Origin: Squalus acanthias
Taxonomy: Eukaryota
Assembly: GCA_030390025.1 (NCBI GenBank)
Contig: JASTWF010000048.1
Span: 1,550,001-1,614,000 of the forward strand
DNA length: 64,000 nucleotides
Direction of reading: 5' to 3'
Within the stretch, counting starts at the first letter, position 1; each line of letters opens with the position of its first letter. Below are positions 50,853 through 61,226 of the stretch, piece after piece. The notes under the pieces were generated by a model, which was not told the DNA's origin, did no database searches, and worked only from the letters and a program-made list of their open reading frames with translations. The position numbers and the translations under genes were made by a program.

Positions 50853-53205
50853 TGGGGCAGTACTGAAGGTGTTCTCCAATGTCGGAGGGGTTGACCTGGG
50901 GGAGCACTGCTGTATCGGAGTGGCAGTACTGAGGGATGGCTGCACTCTCGAAGAGGCAGTATTGAGGGTGCGCTGTACTGTCGGAGGGGCAGTACTGAGG
51001 GTGCGCTGCACTGTCGGAGGGGAAGTACTGAGTGATCGCTGCACTGAGTGAGGGGCAGTACTGAGGGGTCCGCTTCACTGTCGGAGGGGCAGTACTTAGG
51101 AGCGCCGCACTGTCGGAGGGGCACTACTGAGGGAGCGCTGCACTTTCGGGGAGGCAGTACTGAGGGAGTGCTGCATTGTCGGAAGGGCTGTACTGAGGGA
51201 GCGCTGCACCGTCGGAGGGGCTGCAATAAGGGGGCGCTGCAATGTTGGAGGGGCAGTACTGAGGGAGCGTTGCACTATTGGAGGGTCAGTACTGGGGTTC
51301 CGCTGCACTGTCGGAGGTGTAGTACTGAGGGAGCGCCGCACTGTCGGAGAGGCAGTACTGAGGGAGCGCTGCAATGTACGAGAGGCAGTCTTGAGGGAGC
51401 GCTGCACTGTCGGAGGGGCGTTACTGAGGGAGCGCTGCAGCGATGGAGTGGCAGCTCTGAGGGGCCGGTGCAATATCGGACGGGCAGTACTTAGCAGCGC
51501 CGCTCTGTCTGAGGGGCAGTAATGAGGGAGGGCTGCAATGTGGGAGGGGCAATATTGAGGGAGCACTGCATTGTCGGAGGGGCATTACTGAGTGAACTCC
51601 ACAGTTGGATAGGCAGTACTGAGGGAGATCTGCACTATCGCAGGTGCAGTACCGGGGGCGCGCTCCATTGTCCGAGACGCAGTACTGAGGGAGCGCTGCG
51701 CTGTGTGGAAGGCAGTACTTAGGGAGTGCCACACTGTGGGAGGGGCAGTATTGCGGGAACGTCGCACCGTGGGAGGGGCAAAACTGAAAGATTGCTGCAC
51801 TGTAGGAGGGGAAGTACTGAGGGTGTGCTGCACTGTGGGATGGTCGGTACTGAGGGTGCGCTACACTGTCGGAAGGGCAGTACTCAGGTGGCGCTGCAAT
51901 GTGGGAGGTGCAGTATTGAGGGAGTGCGGCACTGTCGGAGAGGCGCTACTGAGGGATCAGTACACCATCGGAGGGGCGATACTGGAGGGGCGCTGCACTG
52001 TCGGTGGGGCAGTACTGAGGAGCACCGTGCTGTCGGGGGGGGCAGTAATGAGGGAGCGCTCCAATGTGGAAGCGGCAGCTCTGATGGAGCGCTGGACTGT
52101 CAGAGGGGCAGTACTTTGGGAGCGTTGCAGTGTCGGAGGGGCAGTATTTGGGGAGTGCTGCACTCTCGGAGGGTCAATACTGAAAGTGCGCTGCACTGTC
52201 GGAAGGGCAGTACTGAGGGAGTGCTGCACTGTAGGAGGTCATCACTGAGGGAGTGCTGCACTGTAGGAGGGCAGTACTGAGGGATGGCTGCAATTTCGGA
52301 GGTGCAGGACTGAGGGAGCGCTACACTGTCGGATGGACAGTACTAAGACAGCGTTCCACTTTCGGAGGGGCAGTATTGAGGGATGGCTCCACTGTCGGAG
52401 AGGCAGTACTGAAGGAACGCTGCACTGTTGGGGGGACAGTACTGTGGGTGCACGACACTGTCGGAGGGTCAGTACTGAGGGAGTGCTGCACCGTCGGAGG
52501 GGCATTACCGAAGTGGCACTGCACTATCAGAGGGGCAATACTGGGGGTGCGCTGCACTGTCGGACGGGCAGTACTGAGGGAGCACTGCACTGTCGGAGGG
52601 GCAGTACTGACGGAGCACTGCAATGTGGGAGGGGCAGTATTGAGGGAGCACTGCAGAGTCGCTGATGCACTACTGAGGGAGAGCAGCATTTTATGCTGGG
52701 CTGTACTGAGGGACCACTGCAATGTCGGAGGGGATGTACTGAGGGTGCTCTGCACTGTCGGAGGGGCAGTATTGAGGGAGTGCTGCACTGTGGGAGGGGC
52801 AGTACTGAGCAAGTGCTGCAATGTGGAAGGGGCAGTACTGAGGGAGCGCCGCACTCTCGGAGGGGTGGCACCGAGAGAGCTCTGCGCAGTGGGAGGGGCA
52901 GTATTGCGGTAGTGCTGCACTGTGGGAGTTGCTGTCTGAAGGAGTGCTGCACTTTCGGAAGGGCAGCACTGAGGGAGGACTGCCCTGTCGGTGGGGCAGA
53001 GCTGAGGGTGTGCCGCACTGTCAGAAGCGCAGTACTGAGGGAGCGCTGCACTGTCGGAAGCGCAGTACTGAGGGAGCGCTGCACTGTCGGAGGCGCAGTA
53101 CTGAGGGAGTGCTGCATTGTCGGAGGTGCAGTACTGAGGGTGTGCCGCACTGTCGGAGGGGCAGTACTGAGTGAGCTCCGCACTGTAGGAGGAGCAGTCC
53201 TTAGC
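50853..53205 (+). repeat. 33-bp SINE-derived minisatellite, ~70 degenerate units
   Basis: Same 33-bp unit; produces spurious 11-aa repeat ORFs. Confidence 0.92.
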
Positions 53206-53432
53206 AATGTTTATCTCTCTGCCAACATCACTAAAAAAAAACAGATACTCTGGTCATTACGGGGACAATTTGTAGGAGTTTACTATGTAGAAATTGGCTG
53301 CTGCGTTTAGCACGGCTTAGTAATGCAAATTGATTCGCTAGATTACTGAGTTGTCTCGAAGGCACCGATGAGCGCACGGTGGGAGGGTGAGAAGGTTTTT
53401 GTATCAGTCTGCGGCAGGTTTGTGTCGCTGTG

Positions 53433-54098
53433 CGAGACTCGCCGCACAGTAATAGGTCGCAGATTCTGTCAGCTCGGAGCCTTCCAGTTGCAGAGTCAAC
53501 TGGTTGTCTGCTGCCTCGAGTTTCACTTTGAATCGCTCCTCGAAACCGGGCCCATAGCTGCCGAACTCATTGCACACCCATTCTATGGCGCCTCCCTTTT
53601 GCCTGTACCAGTGCATTCTGAAGCTGCTTATGCTTGCTCCCTCCAAACTGCAGCCAAGAGTGAGGGGCTGTTGCCGTCGAATAGCGGCCGCGGCGGGAGT
53701 CTAGACCGCAGTAGGAGCAGCCCGAATACCTAGTTTAGATTTAAACAAAGAAAGCGGTTTAGAATCATGGAAGGAAGATCTTAGCATAAAACCGTAGAAT
53801 CGTGAAGCACAGAAGTAGGCTATTCGGCCCATAATGCCCGTGCCGGCACTGTGAAAGAACTATTTTGCGAGTGGCTTTTTCCCCTGCTCTTATCCCGTAG
53901 TAATTCAAATCCCCCATTCAAGTATTGATCCAAATTCCATTTTGGAACTTATTATTGGATTTACTTTCACTTGCATAACAACGCAATTTCTTTCGTTTAC
54001 TCTGCCAAAGGATATTTCAATGCATTGCACTGACAACAGAACCAATGTCCGAGCGATAAGGCGACAAAGATTAACAACATTCGAGATGAGAAACACAT
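53433..54098 (-). pseudogene. TRBV: V14 pseudogene, short-CDR2 family (V exon 53729-53433, leader relic from 54098)
   Basis: FR1 Gln CAG>TAG stop. Leader splice donor lost. RSS CACAGCG-23-ACAAAAACC at 53432-53394. Confidence 0.85.
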
Positions 54099-55331
54099 CG
54101 CCCCTTCTCAGGAAGTGAGAGTCAGGGTTACTCAGCAACAACCTGTCGCCTGTAAAATTGCTCTCCTCAACGGAAATGCCACCGGTTGTGACGAACTGCA
54201 CGTACGTATTGAGCAGCTCATCTTGTGATTGGACCGCACAAGTCAGCAGATTGAACAAATGAGAAGCAGTTCCTTTACTAGCATTGTTTTTGCGAATACA
54301 TCAAAGTAGAAGGAACATTATAGCACGGAATCATAGAATTATACAGTGGCGAAGGAGAGCTGCCCAAGTAGTCCCAATAACCCTGCTCTTTCCCCATATT
54401 TCTGCATATTGTATGTTCGCTATTTCTAGCAAAATAAACCGGGNNNNNNNNNNNNNNNNNNNNNNNNNNNNNNNNNNNNNNNNNNNNNNNNNNNNNNNNN
54501 NNNNNNNNNNNNNNNNNNNNNNNNNNNNNNNNNNNNNNNNNNNNNNNNNNNNNNNNNNNNNNNNNNNNNNNNCCTCATTTCTTCTTTCCTTCTTTCATTC
54601 CTATTTTTCCTCCTTTCTTCCATGCAAAATTGCTTTATCTTCTGCTGATTAGAAATTAGATGCTTTGTGTTCCAGTGAGAATTGTTTACATGTGATGCAA
54701 CATTGTCATCGGGTGGTGCAGTGGCATCTGACACTCAAGAAACACATGAAAATAATCTCGCAATTAACAGGTTAAGAGGAAGTCATCCGACATTGCTAAC
54801 CAACTTTCTTTAAGAAGAATACATTTTGGCACTATTTTCAGCAAATATTTGTGCTTCTGAGCTGAGAAATGACATGAATTGTTAAGGCGCACTGTGGCTG
54901 CATTGTGTACCAGCTACAAGATGCAACTCGCCAAGGCTTCTTCGACAGCACCTCTACCATGTAGAACAACAAGGGCCAAAGGTGCAGAGGAACACCATCG
55001 CCTCCAATTCCCCTCCAAGTCACACACTATCCTGACTTGGAAATAAATCACCGTTCCTTCATTATCGCTGGGTGAAAATCCTGGAACTTCGTCCTAAACA
55101 GCACCGTGGGAGTACCTTCACCAGACCTACTGCAGCGATTCAAGAAGGTGGCTCACCACCACCTTCTCAAGGGCAGTTAGGAATGGGCAATAAACACGGG
55201 CATTGCCAACGAAATCCACATCCCGTGAAAGAATTTAAAAAATTCGGTTCCTTTATATCGCCGCTGGCGAGAGGTGCCTTTCTTCCTCAGTGAGTTTTTG
55301 TCACGACGCCCTGCATTCTTAGAACACTGTG

Positions 55332-56147
55332 CGCGCCCCTGTACTCTTTGTGCGCCACACAGTAATAAATGCCGCTGTCTTGGGCCCGGGTATTAGTCAG
55401 GGAGACCCTGTAAGTGTTGTTTTCAGGGGCAAATTGGACGTCAATCCTATTTCTGTAGTTAGGTGAAGAAAAGACACCCAATCTGACGGAATCCAGGCGG
55501 TCCCCGATCTGCACGTACCAGTCGAGCCAATAGTTACTCATGTTGCCCGGCCCGATACTGCAGTCGAACACGGCTTCCTCCCCTGGAACATGGACGGTGG
55601 CCGACGGGAACTGGACGACTAGTCGTTGGGAACGAACATCTGAAAGATTATGTAAAAAAACAGTCAGGCAGATCGATCGTAAATGGACAATAGCGGGTGG
55701 CAGGGAGTATGAAAGGGACACAGGCTGGAGCAGAAGAAAGAGAAAAGGAAAGAAACAAATTAGTTTTTCTGAAATCGCGGTGTTATCTCCTCGCTTCTAT
55801 TTGCTCTACAGGTTATACGTCGGGTTTATTGAACTGATGCAAGTATAAACGCGCGAAACTCGGAAGTGGAAAGGACAAAGACAAACGGGCTCAGTCTGGA
55901 TCTGAAAGAGGGCATTTAAATATTTTTCCGATGATCTGCTATCAAAATAAGTATAACTTTTACTCGGATCAAAGAACAGCAAAGTATTTGAATTTGGTTA
56001 ACGAAGTACAATATATCAATACATAACGTCATCAATACGAACATTAATTGTCGTTAACCCGATAGCAATGTTACGAAATGGACGAATAGGGTTTACTGTC
56101 TCATACATACAAGAATTGGACAGCAGAAATATGGAAAGCCAATACAT
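55332..56147 (-). CDS. V15, divergent V segment with long germline CDR3 tail (putative leader 56147-56111, V exon 55639-55332)
   Basis: Open exon ...VVQFP...FDCSI...WLDWYVQ...DSGIYYCVAHKEYRGA. RSS CACAGTG-23-ACAAAAACT at 55331-55293. Short phase-1 leader MYWLSIFLLSNS|GTATGT (less certain). Confidence 0.85.
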
Positions 56148-57283
56148 AACGAGAATTGTCTTCCGGTAATAGTTCAGCCTCCTTTGCAAACTGATGTCAA
56201 ACTACTTTCAGGTCGTTTTCAGAGGAGGATGGTCTCGATAAAGATTGTACTCGCGCCACAATGACCGTTGCGTAGACGACTGGTAAATAAATGAACTGCT
56301 TCTGCACTTGGAGCGAGCGCTGGGAACGCCCACCGCAAAACTGCGCACGCAACGCCTCCAATCATATGTTCGATGCAATGCGCTGCCAACAGCGCACCAA
56401 TGGAACCATTGATGGGAAGAGAGATGTAAACCCGGAGACCGTCCCAGGTTCCCGCCCACAGATGGAGAAAATGGTTGAAAGAGAGAGACTGGACGAGAGA
56501 GGGACCGAGAGAGGCAGAAAGAGAAAGAGACTGACAGACTGACAAAGACGTATGGAGATTCAAAAGAAACGAGGTGATACAGAGAATGAGAGAGACTGGA
56601 CGAGAGAGAGAGTGAGAGGGTGAGATAGACAGGGGCAGAGGGCGAGCACATGAGGGAGGGAGAGAGACTCAGAAATGGAGGGAGAGAAAATGATAGCGAC
56701 AGAGAGAGAATGAGACAGGGACAGACAAAGAGAGAGAGGGAGCAGAGAGAGAGCGAGAGAGAGATAGCAAGAAAGAGAGGAAATAAGCGAGTAAAAGAGT
56801 GCCAGAGAGAGATTGAGAGAGAGAGAGCAACAGAGAGACAGAGGGACAGAGAGGAAGAAAGCGATTTTGCAAAAAAAAAGAATGAATACTACGTTTATAA
56901 AAAATCGGGCAAGACTCGGTTGGAATGCAATTGTGAGAAGTCGCACGACACCAGGACATCGTCCAACAGTTTTATTTGAAATCACAAGCCTTCGGAGCGC
57001 TGCTCCTTCGTCAGGTGAAGTGAAATTGTTAGAGGTTAGACGGCGAGCGTCGAGTCCAATGAAACAGTTCATAGATTCGCGCAATGTTTTCATGAAGTTA
57101 GAATCTACTGGATCAAATGGGAGTCATCCCGATATTTGTGGATCGAATGAGCGGTCGGGAGACTTCCGGTGTTCGTGGTGTCGCGGTGTCACCGTCTGAC
57201 AGTTGAGACGATCGCATTGATCATGCTTTGGGTCTGACTGAGGGTCTTTTTGTCAAAGAGAGGCGGTGTTTTCACACGCCGTG

Positions 57284-58010
57284 CATGACAGCGCGCAGAA
57301 GTAGGCCGCGGTGTCCGACTGAAAGGCTCCGGTTGGTTCCAGATTAAACTCGGTGTCGCTAGGTCTCTGGGCTTTAAAGGGTCCGGACGTGTAATCGGAA
57401 TCGTGGTCGGTCCCGGCGGATTGGAACAGAGCCTCGAGTTCCCGGTTTGCCCCTTGTCGGTACCAGTACTAGGTGCGATAGTTAGTGTTCCTCAGGATAC
57501 ATCTCATTACGGCCGAATTTCCTTCGGGAACGGACACAGTAGGCGGCGACTGGTCAATGAACGAAAACTGTTTCTCACTCCCTACTCTATCAAAACCCGA
57601 CAGATCTTTCAACACCTCTAATAAATCTCCCGCTACTCTTCTCCCCAGTCCAAGTTTCTCCAGTCTCTCCACATAACTCAAGATGCCCATCCCTGGTACC
57701 ATTCTTGTAAACCTCTTCTGCACCCTTTGAAAGGTCTTTAAATCTTTCCTAAAGTGTGGTTCCCAAAAATGGACACAAAACATCAGATGCAGTCTAATTA
57801 GTGATTTATAAATGATTCCCGTAACTTCCTTGCTTTTGTACTCTATGCAAGTGCGAATCTATGCTTTCGTTGCGTGTTGCAGCCGAATCTCAACAGATAT
57901 TGTTATATATACATATATATATATTCCCACTTTTAGATCGGTGCATTAAAGGGAATTAGCTTGAATTAATGCCATCGAAAAGACTAAATATGATACTTCC
58001 CCAAATATGT
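57284..58010 (-). pseudogene. TRBV: V16 pseudogene, paralog of V3 (V exon ~57564-57284, leader relic ~58008-57960)
   Basis: TAG stop just before YWYRQ. Acceptor deleted, so the exon is fused to CR1. Leader ATG>ATA and donor GT>CT. RSS CACGGCG-23-ACAAAAAGA at 57283-57245. Confidence 0.88.
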
Positions 58011-58124
58011 TCAGTTCCTTGGACAAGGGCAGTCTGGGGGCGCCAGTCTGCAAAGATAGACTCTGGGCTTTACCCCACGGCAGAGTTGGAAAAGCTTTGA
58101 AGCCGCGAGTTGCGGAATGACGTT

Positions 58125-58965
58125 TCAGCTTGACACATTTGGTTGCACGCTCGCCTCTGAGTCAGAAGATCGTGGGTTGAATTCCTGCTCCAGGGACTTG
58201 TGCACAAAATTGAAGGAGACGCTCTTTGAGGGAGCGCTGCACTATCGGAGGGGCAGTACTGAAGTAGCACTGCACTGTCGGAGGGGCAGTATTGAGGCAG
58301 CGTTAAACTGTCGGAGGGTCAGTACTGAGGGAACGCTGCCCTGTCGGAGGGGCAGTACTGAGGGAGTGCTGCACTGTCGGTGGAGCAGTACTGAGAGTTT
58401 GCCACACTGTCGAAGCGGCAGTACTGAGGGTGTGCTGCACTGTCGGAGGAGCAGTAGTGAGAGTTTGCCACACTGTCGGAGGGGCAGTACTGAGGGAGCG
58501 CTGAAATCTCGGAAGGGCACGAATGAGCGTTTGCAGCATTGTTGTTGGAGCAGTACTGAGGAGTGGCATTGTAGGAGGAGCAGGACTAAAGTAGTGCTGC
58601 ACTACCGGACATGTGAACGCTCTACTGCTGGAGGTGGCGTCTTTCGGATGAGAGGTTAAACCGAGGCCCCGTCTGCCCTCTGAGGTGGACTGAAAAGTTT
58701 CCATGGGTGCTATCGGAAGAAGCGCAGCAGCGATCTCGCCGGTGCCCTGGGCCAATATTTATCGCACAACCAATATTACTAAAACAGATTAACTGGTAAT
58801 TTTTGTAATTTCTGTTTGAGGGATCTTGCTGTGCGTAATTCGGCTATCGCTTTTGCTGCATTACAACAGTGACTACACTGTAAAAGTACTCCAATCGCTG
58901 AAACCTCTTCTGGAAGTCCCGGGGTCGTAAAAGGCGCTATATAAATACAATTATTCCTTTCTTTC
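58125..58965 (+). mobile_element. DeuSINE-type SINE with 33-bp internal repeat (other copies near 16710-17260, 40870-41250, 44640-45060, 48600-49020, 60660-61115)
   Basis: tRNA-like head, repeat, and TTTCGGATGAGA..AAACCGAGGCCCCGTCTGCCCTCT core. Confidence 0.75.
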
Positions 58966-59295
58966 TTTATGTCCAACTCAGGGGGCAGATGGCAAAATTA
59001 GTTTTAAAGTGACACCTCCGATAGTGCAGCACTCGCTCAGTACTGGCACTGTAGTGTCAGCCTGGATTATATGCTTAGGCCTCCAGAGATGGGTGCGCGG
59101 TTGAAACCTTCACCGTCTGACTCGGACGGGAGAGGGCTATCCTCTGAGCCAAAGCTGACACCGAGTATTGAAAGCTGAGACTTGTGCTGTATTTGAGCTC
59201 GTCCCTACAGCCAGTGGCGCTGAATGAAAAGGCAGCAAGGGCTCTGTCAGTCGGTCCGAGTGTGCAACAGCTTTTTAAATCTGTGCATGACACAA

Positions 59296-60245
59296 GTGCT
59301 GTCAGTTAGTGGTGGAATGTTAGCACTGACCTTCCATCCAGGCTGCCACCTTGTGGTGAGATGTAAACACTGAACTTCCGATCAGTGCTGCCATCTGGTG
59401 GCGGATAGTAGGCACTGAATTGCAATCCAATGCTGCCACCTGGCGACATAAACTTAACGGTACAACGTTGACGGGGGGCGGAACACAGAGACCTGCGGGC
59501 AGAAGTATACAAGTCTTCTAAATCCGGAGGGTCAGTTGAGAAGGTTATTAAAAAAAGAAAGCGGAATCCTTGGCTTCATAAACAAAGGCATAGAGTATTA
59601 AAGCAAGGAAGTTGGGCTTAAACTTTATAAATCACTATTTATACCCCAGCTGGAGTTTTGTGTCAAATGCTGGGTTCCCCGCTTTCGGAGGGGTATCAAG
59701 TCCTTACAGTGAGTGCACAGGAGATTTACTAGAAAAGTAGCAGGGATAAGGGACTTCACTTATGTAGAGAGACTAGAGAAGCTGAGGTTGCTCTGCTCAG
59801 ATCAGAGACGAATAAGGTGGGGACTTAATGGAAGTGTTCATAATCATGAAGGGTTTTGATAGAGTAAATAAGGAGAAACCGGTTCCAGTGGCAGAAGGGT
59901 CTGTAACCAGAGGACATACATTTAAGGACCAGATAGGGATATGATGAGTTGTTTTTTTGTAGAGCGAGCTGTTATGCTTTGGAATGCACTGCCTGAATAG
60001 GTTGTGGAAGCAGATTCAATAAGAAATTTCCAAAGGGAATTAGATACACACCTGAAACGGGCGTTCACTGGGCTATGGGGAAAGGCACGGGATTGGGCCC
60101 CTTTGAAAGCAACGGTATATGCACGTGGGGCAGAATGAACTCCTTCCGTGCTGTATCATTCTTGTAATTCTATGCCGTGGTGGCAGAATAGTTGCACTCA
60201 AATCAAATATAATGCTGCCACCTGGTGGCGTACAATGTGCACTAC
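59296..60245 (-). promoter_or_regulatory. Tandem CTCF-motif array downstream of the V17 RSS, split by a CR1 fragment
   Basis: Cores start at 59298, 59342, 59387, 59432, ~60170 and 60214, e.g. CGCCACCAGGTGGCAGC and CGCCACCAGATGGCAGC. Confidence 0.7.
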
Positions 60246-60304
60246 TCTCCCATTCAGCCGCTGCAGGATTTTGTAGCTGGGGAGCCGCTTTCTCAAACGC
60301 TGTG

Positions 60305-61226
60305 CGATACTACAAGCACAGTAATAGACAGCGGTGTGAGACGGAGAGGCGACGCTCAGTTCCAAAGTAAACAGCGTACTGCTGGTTCTGTCGGCCTTAA
60401 AAGACTCGGTCGTGTACTTCGTAACATCACCTGCTAGAGCAGAATAGAAAAGAGCTTCTAATGCCCGGTCGGGTTGTTGTCTGTACCAGTACATATAGGG
60501 ATAGCCAGTATTCGTCAGCGTGCATCTGATCGTCGTCGACTCTCCTGCTCCAATCGATAGGACAGAAGGCGACTGCTCCACGTACAAGGCGAGTATTCCT
60601 GTCGAAAGCAACATCGATTAGTTTCTTATTTTTGTCAATAATTGATTTAAGCACGGACTACAGAGAAAATGACCTTCCATTCATAAAGCGCATTCACAAC
60701 CTCAGAAATTCATAAAGCTCTTTACAGCCAATGAAGTGCTGATTAAAGTGTAGTCATTGTTGTAACGTAGGAAAGGAGACAGCCAATTTGAGCACAGTAA
60801 GCTCCCACATATTACATTGAAATAAATTACATGTACTTCTGCTTTTTTGGTGTTTGTAGTGGGATTCATGTTGGCCCAGGACACCGGCGACAGCTTCGCT
60901 GCTCTTCTTCTAATAGTGCCCTGGGATCATTTACGTCCACCTGAGAGGGCAGCTCGGTTTAACGCCTTATCTGAAACATGGCCCCTCCGAAATTACAGCA
61001 CTCCCTCTGTGCTGGTCTCGGGAGTGTCAGCATAGATTTTGTGCTCAAGTCTCAGGAGCAAAACTCGAACCTAAAACGTTTGATTCAGAGGCAAGGATTC
61101 TACCAGCTGAACAACAACTGACATTATAATACATCATTCTACAAAGACCTCTGTAAAAGTTTGTTACTTTGACTTACGTGGGATCAGTGTCACCATCAAC
61201 GTTAGATAATAAACTTCATGAAACAT
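60305..61226 (-). CDS. TRBV: TCR beta-type V segment V17, paralog of V4 (leader 61226-61178, V exon 60598-60305)
   Basis: Leader MFHEVYYLTLMVTLIP|GTAAGT. V exon ends HTAVYYCACSI. RSS CACAGCG-23-ACAAAATCC at 60304-60266. Confidence 0.9.

Noticed and set aside
51730-52925. CACAGTG variants in the 33-bp array as RSSs
   Set aside because: They are single-base variants of the repeat unit with no nonamer.
50735-53310. Long ORFs in the 33-bp arrays (also 13.5-15 kb, 37.3-38 kb, 58.1-58.7 kb)
   Set aside because: They are a by-product of a stop-poor repeat unit divisible by 3 inside SINEs.
53323-53330. Ig octamer ATGCAAAT
   Set aside because: It lies downstream of a V in a SINE tail, not in a promoter.
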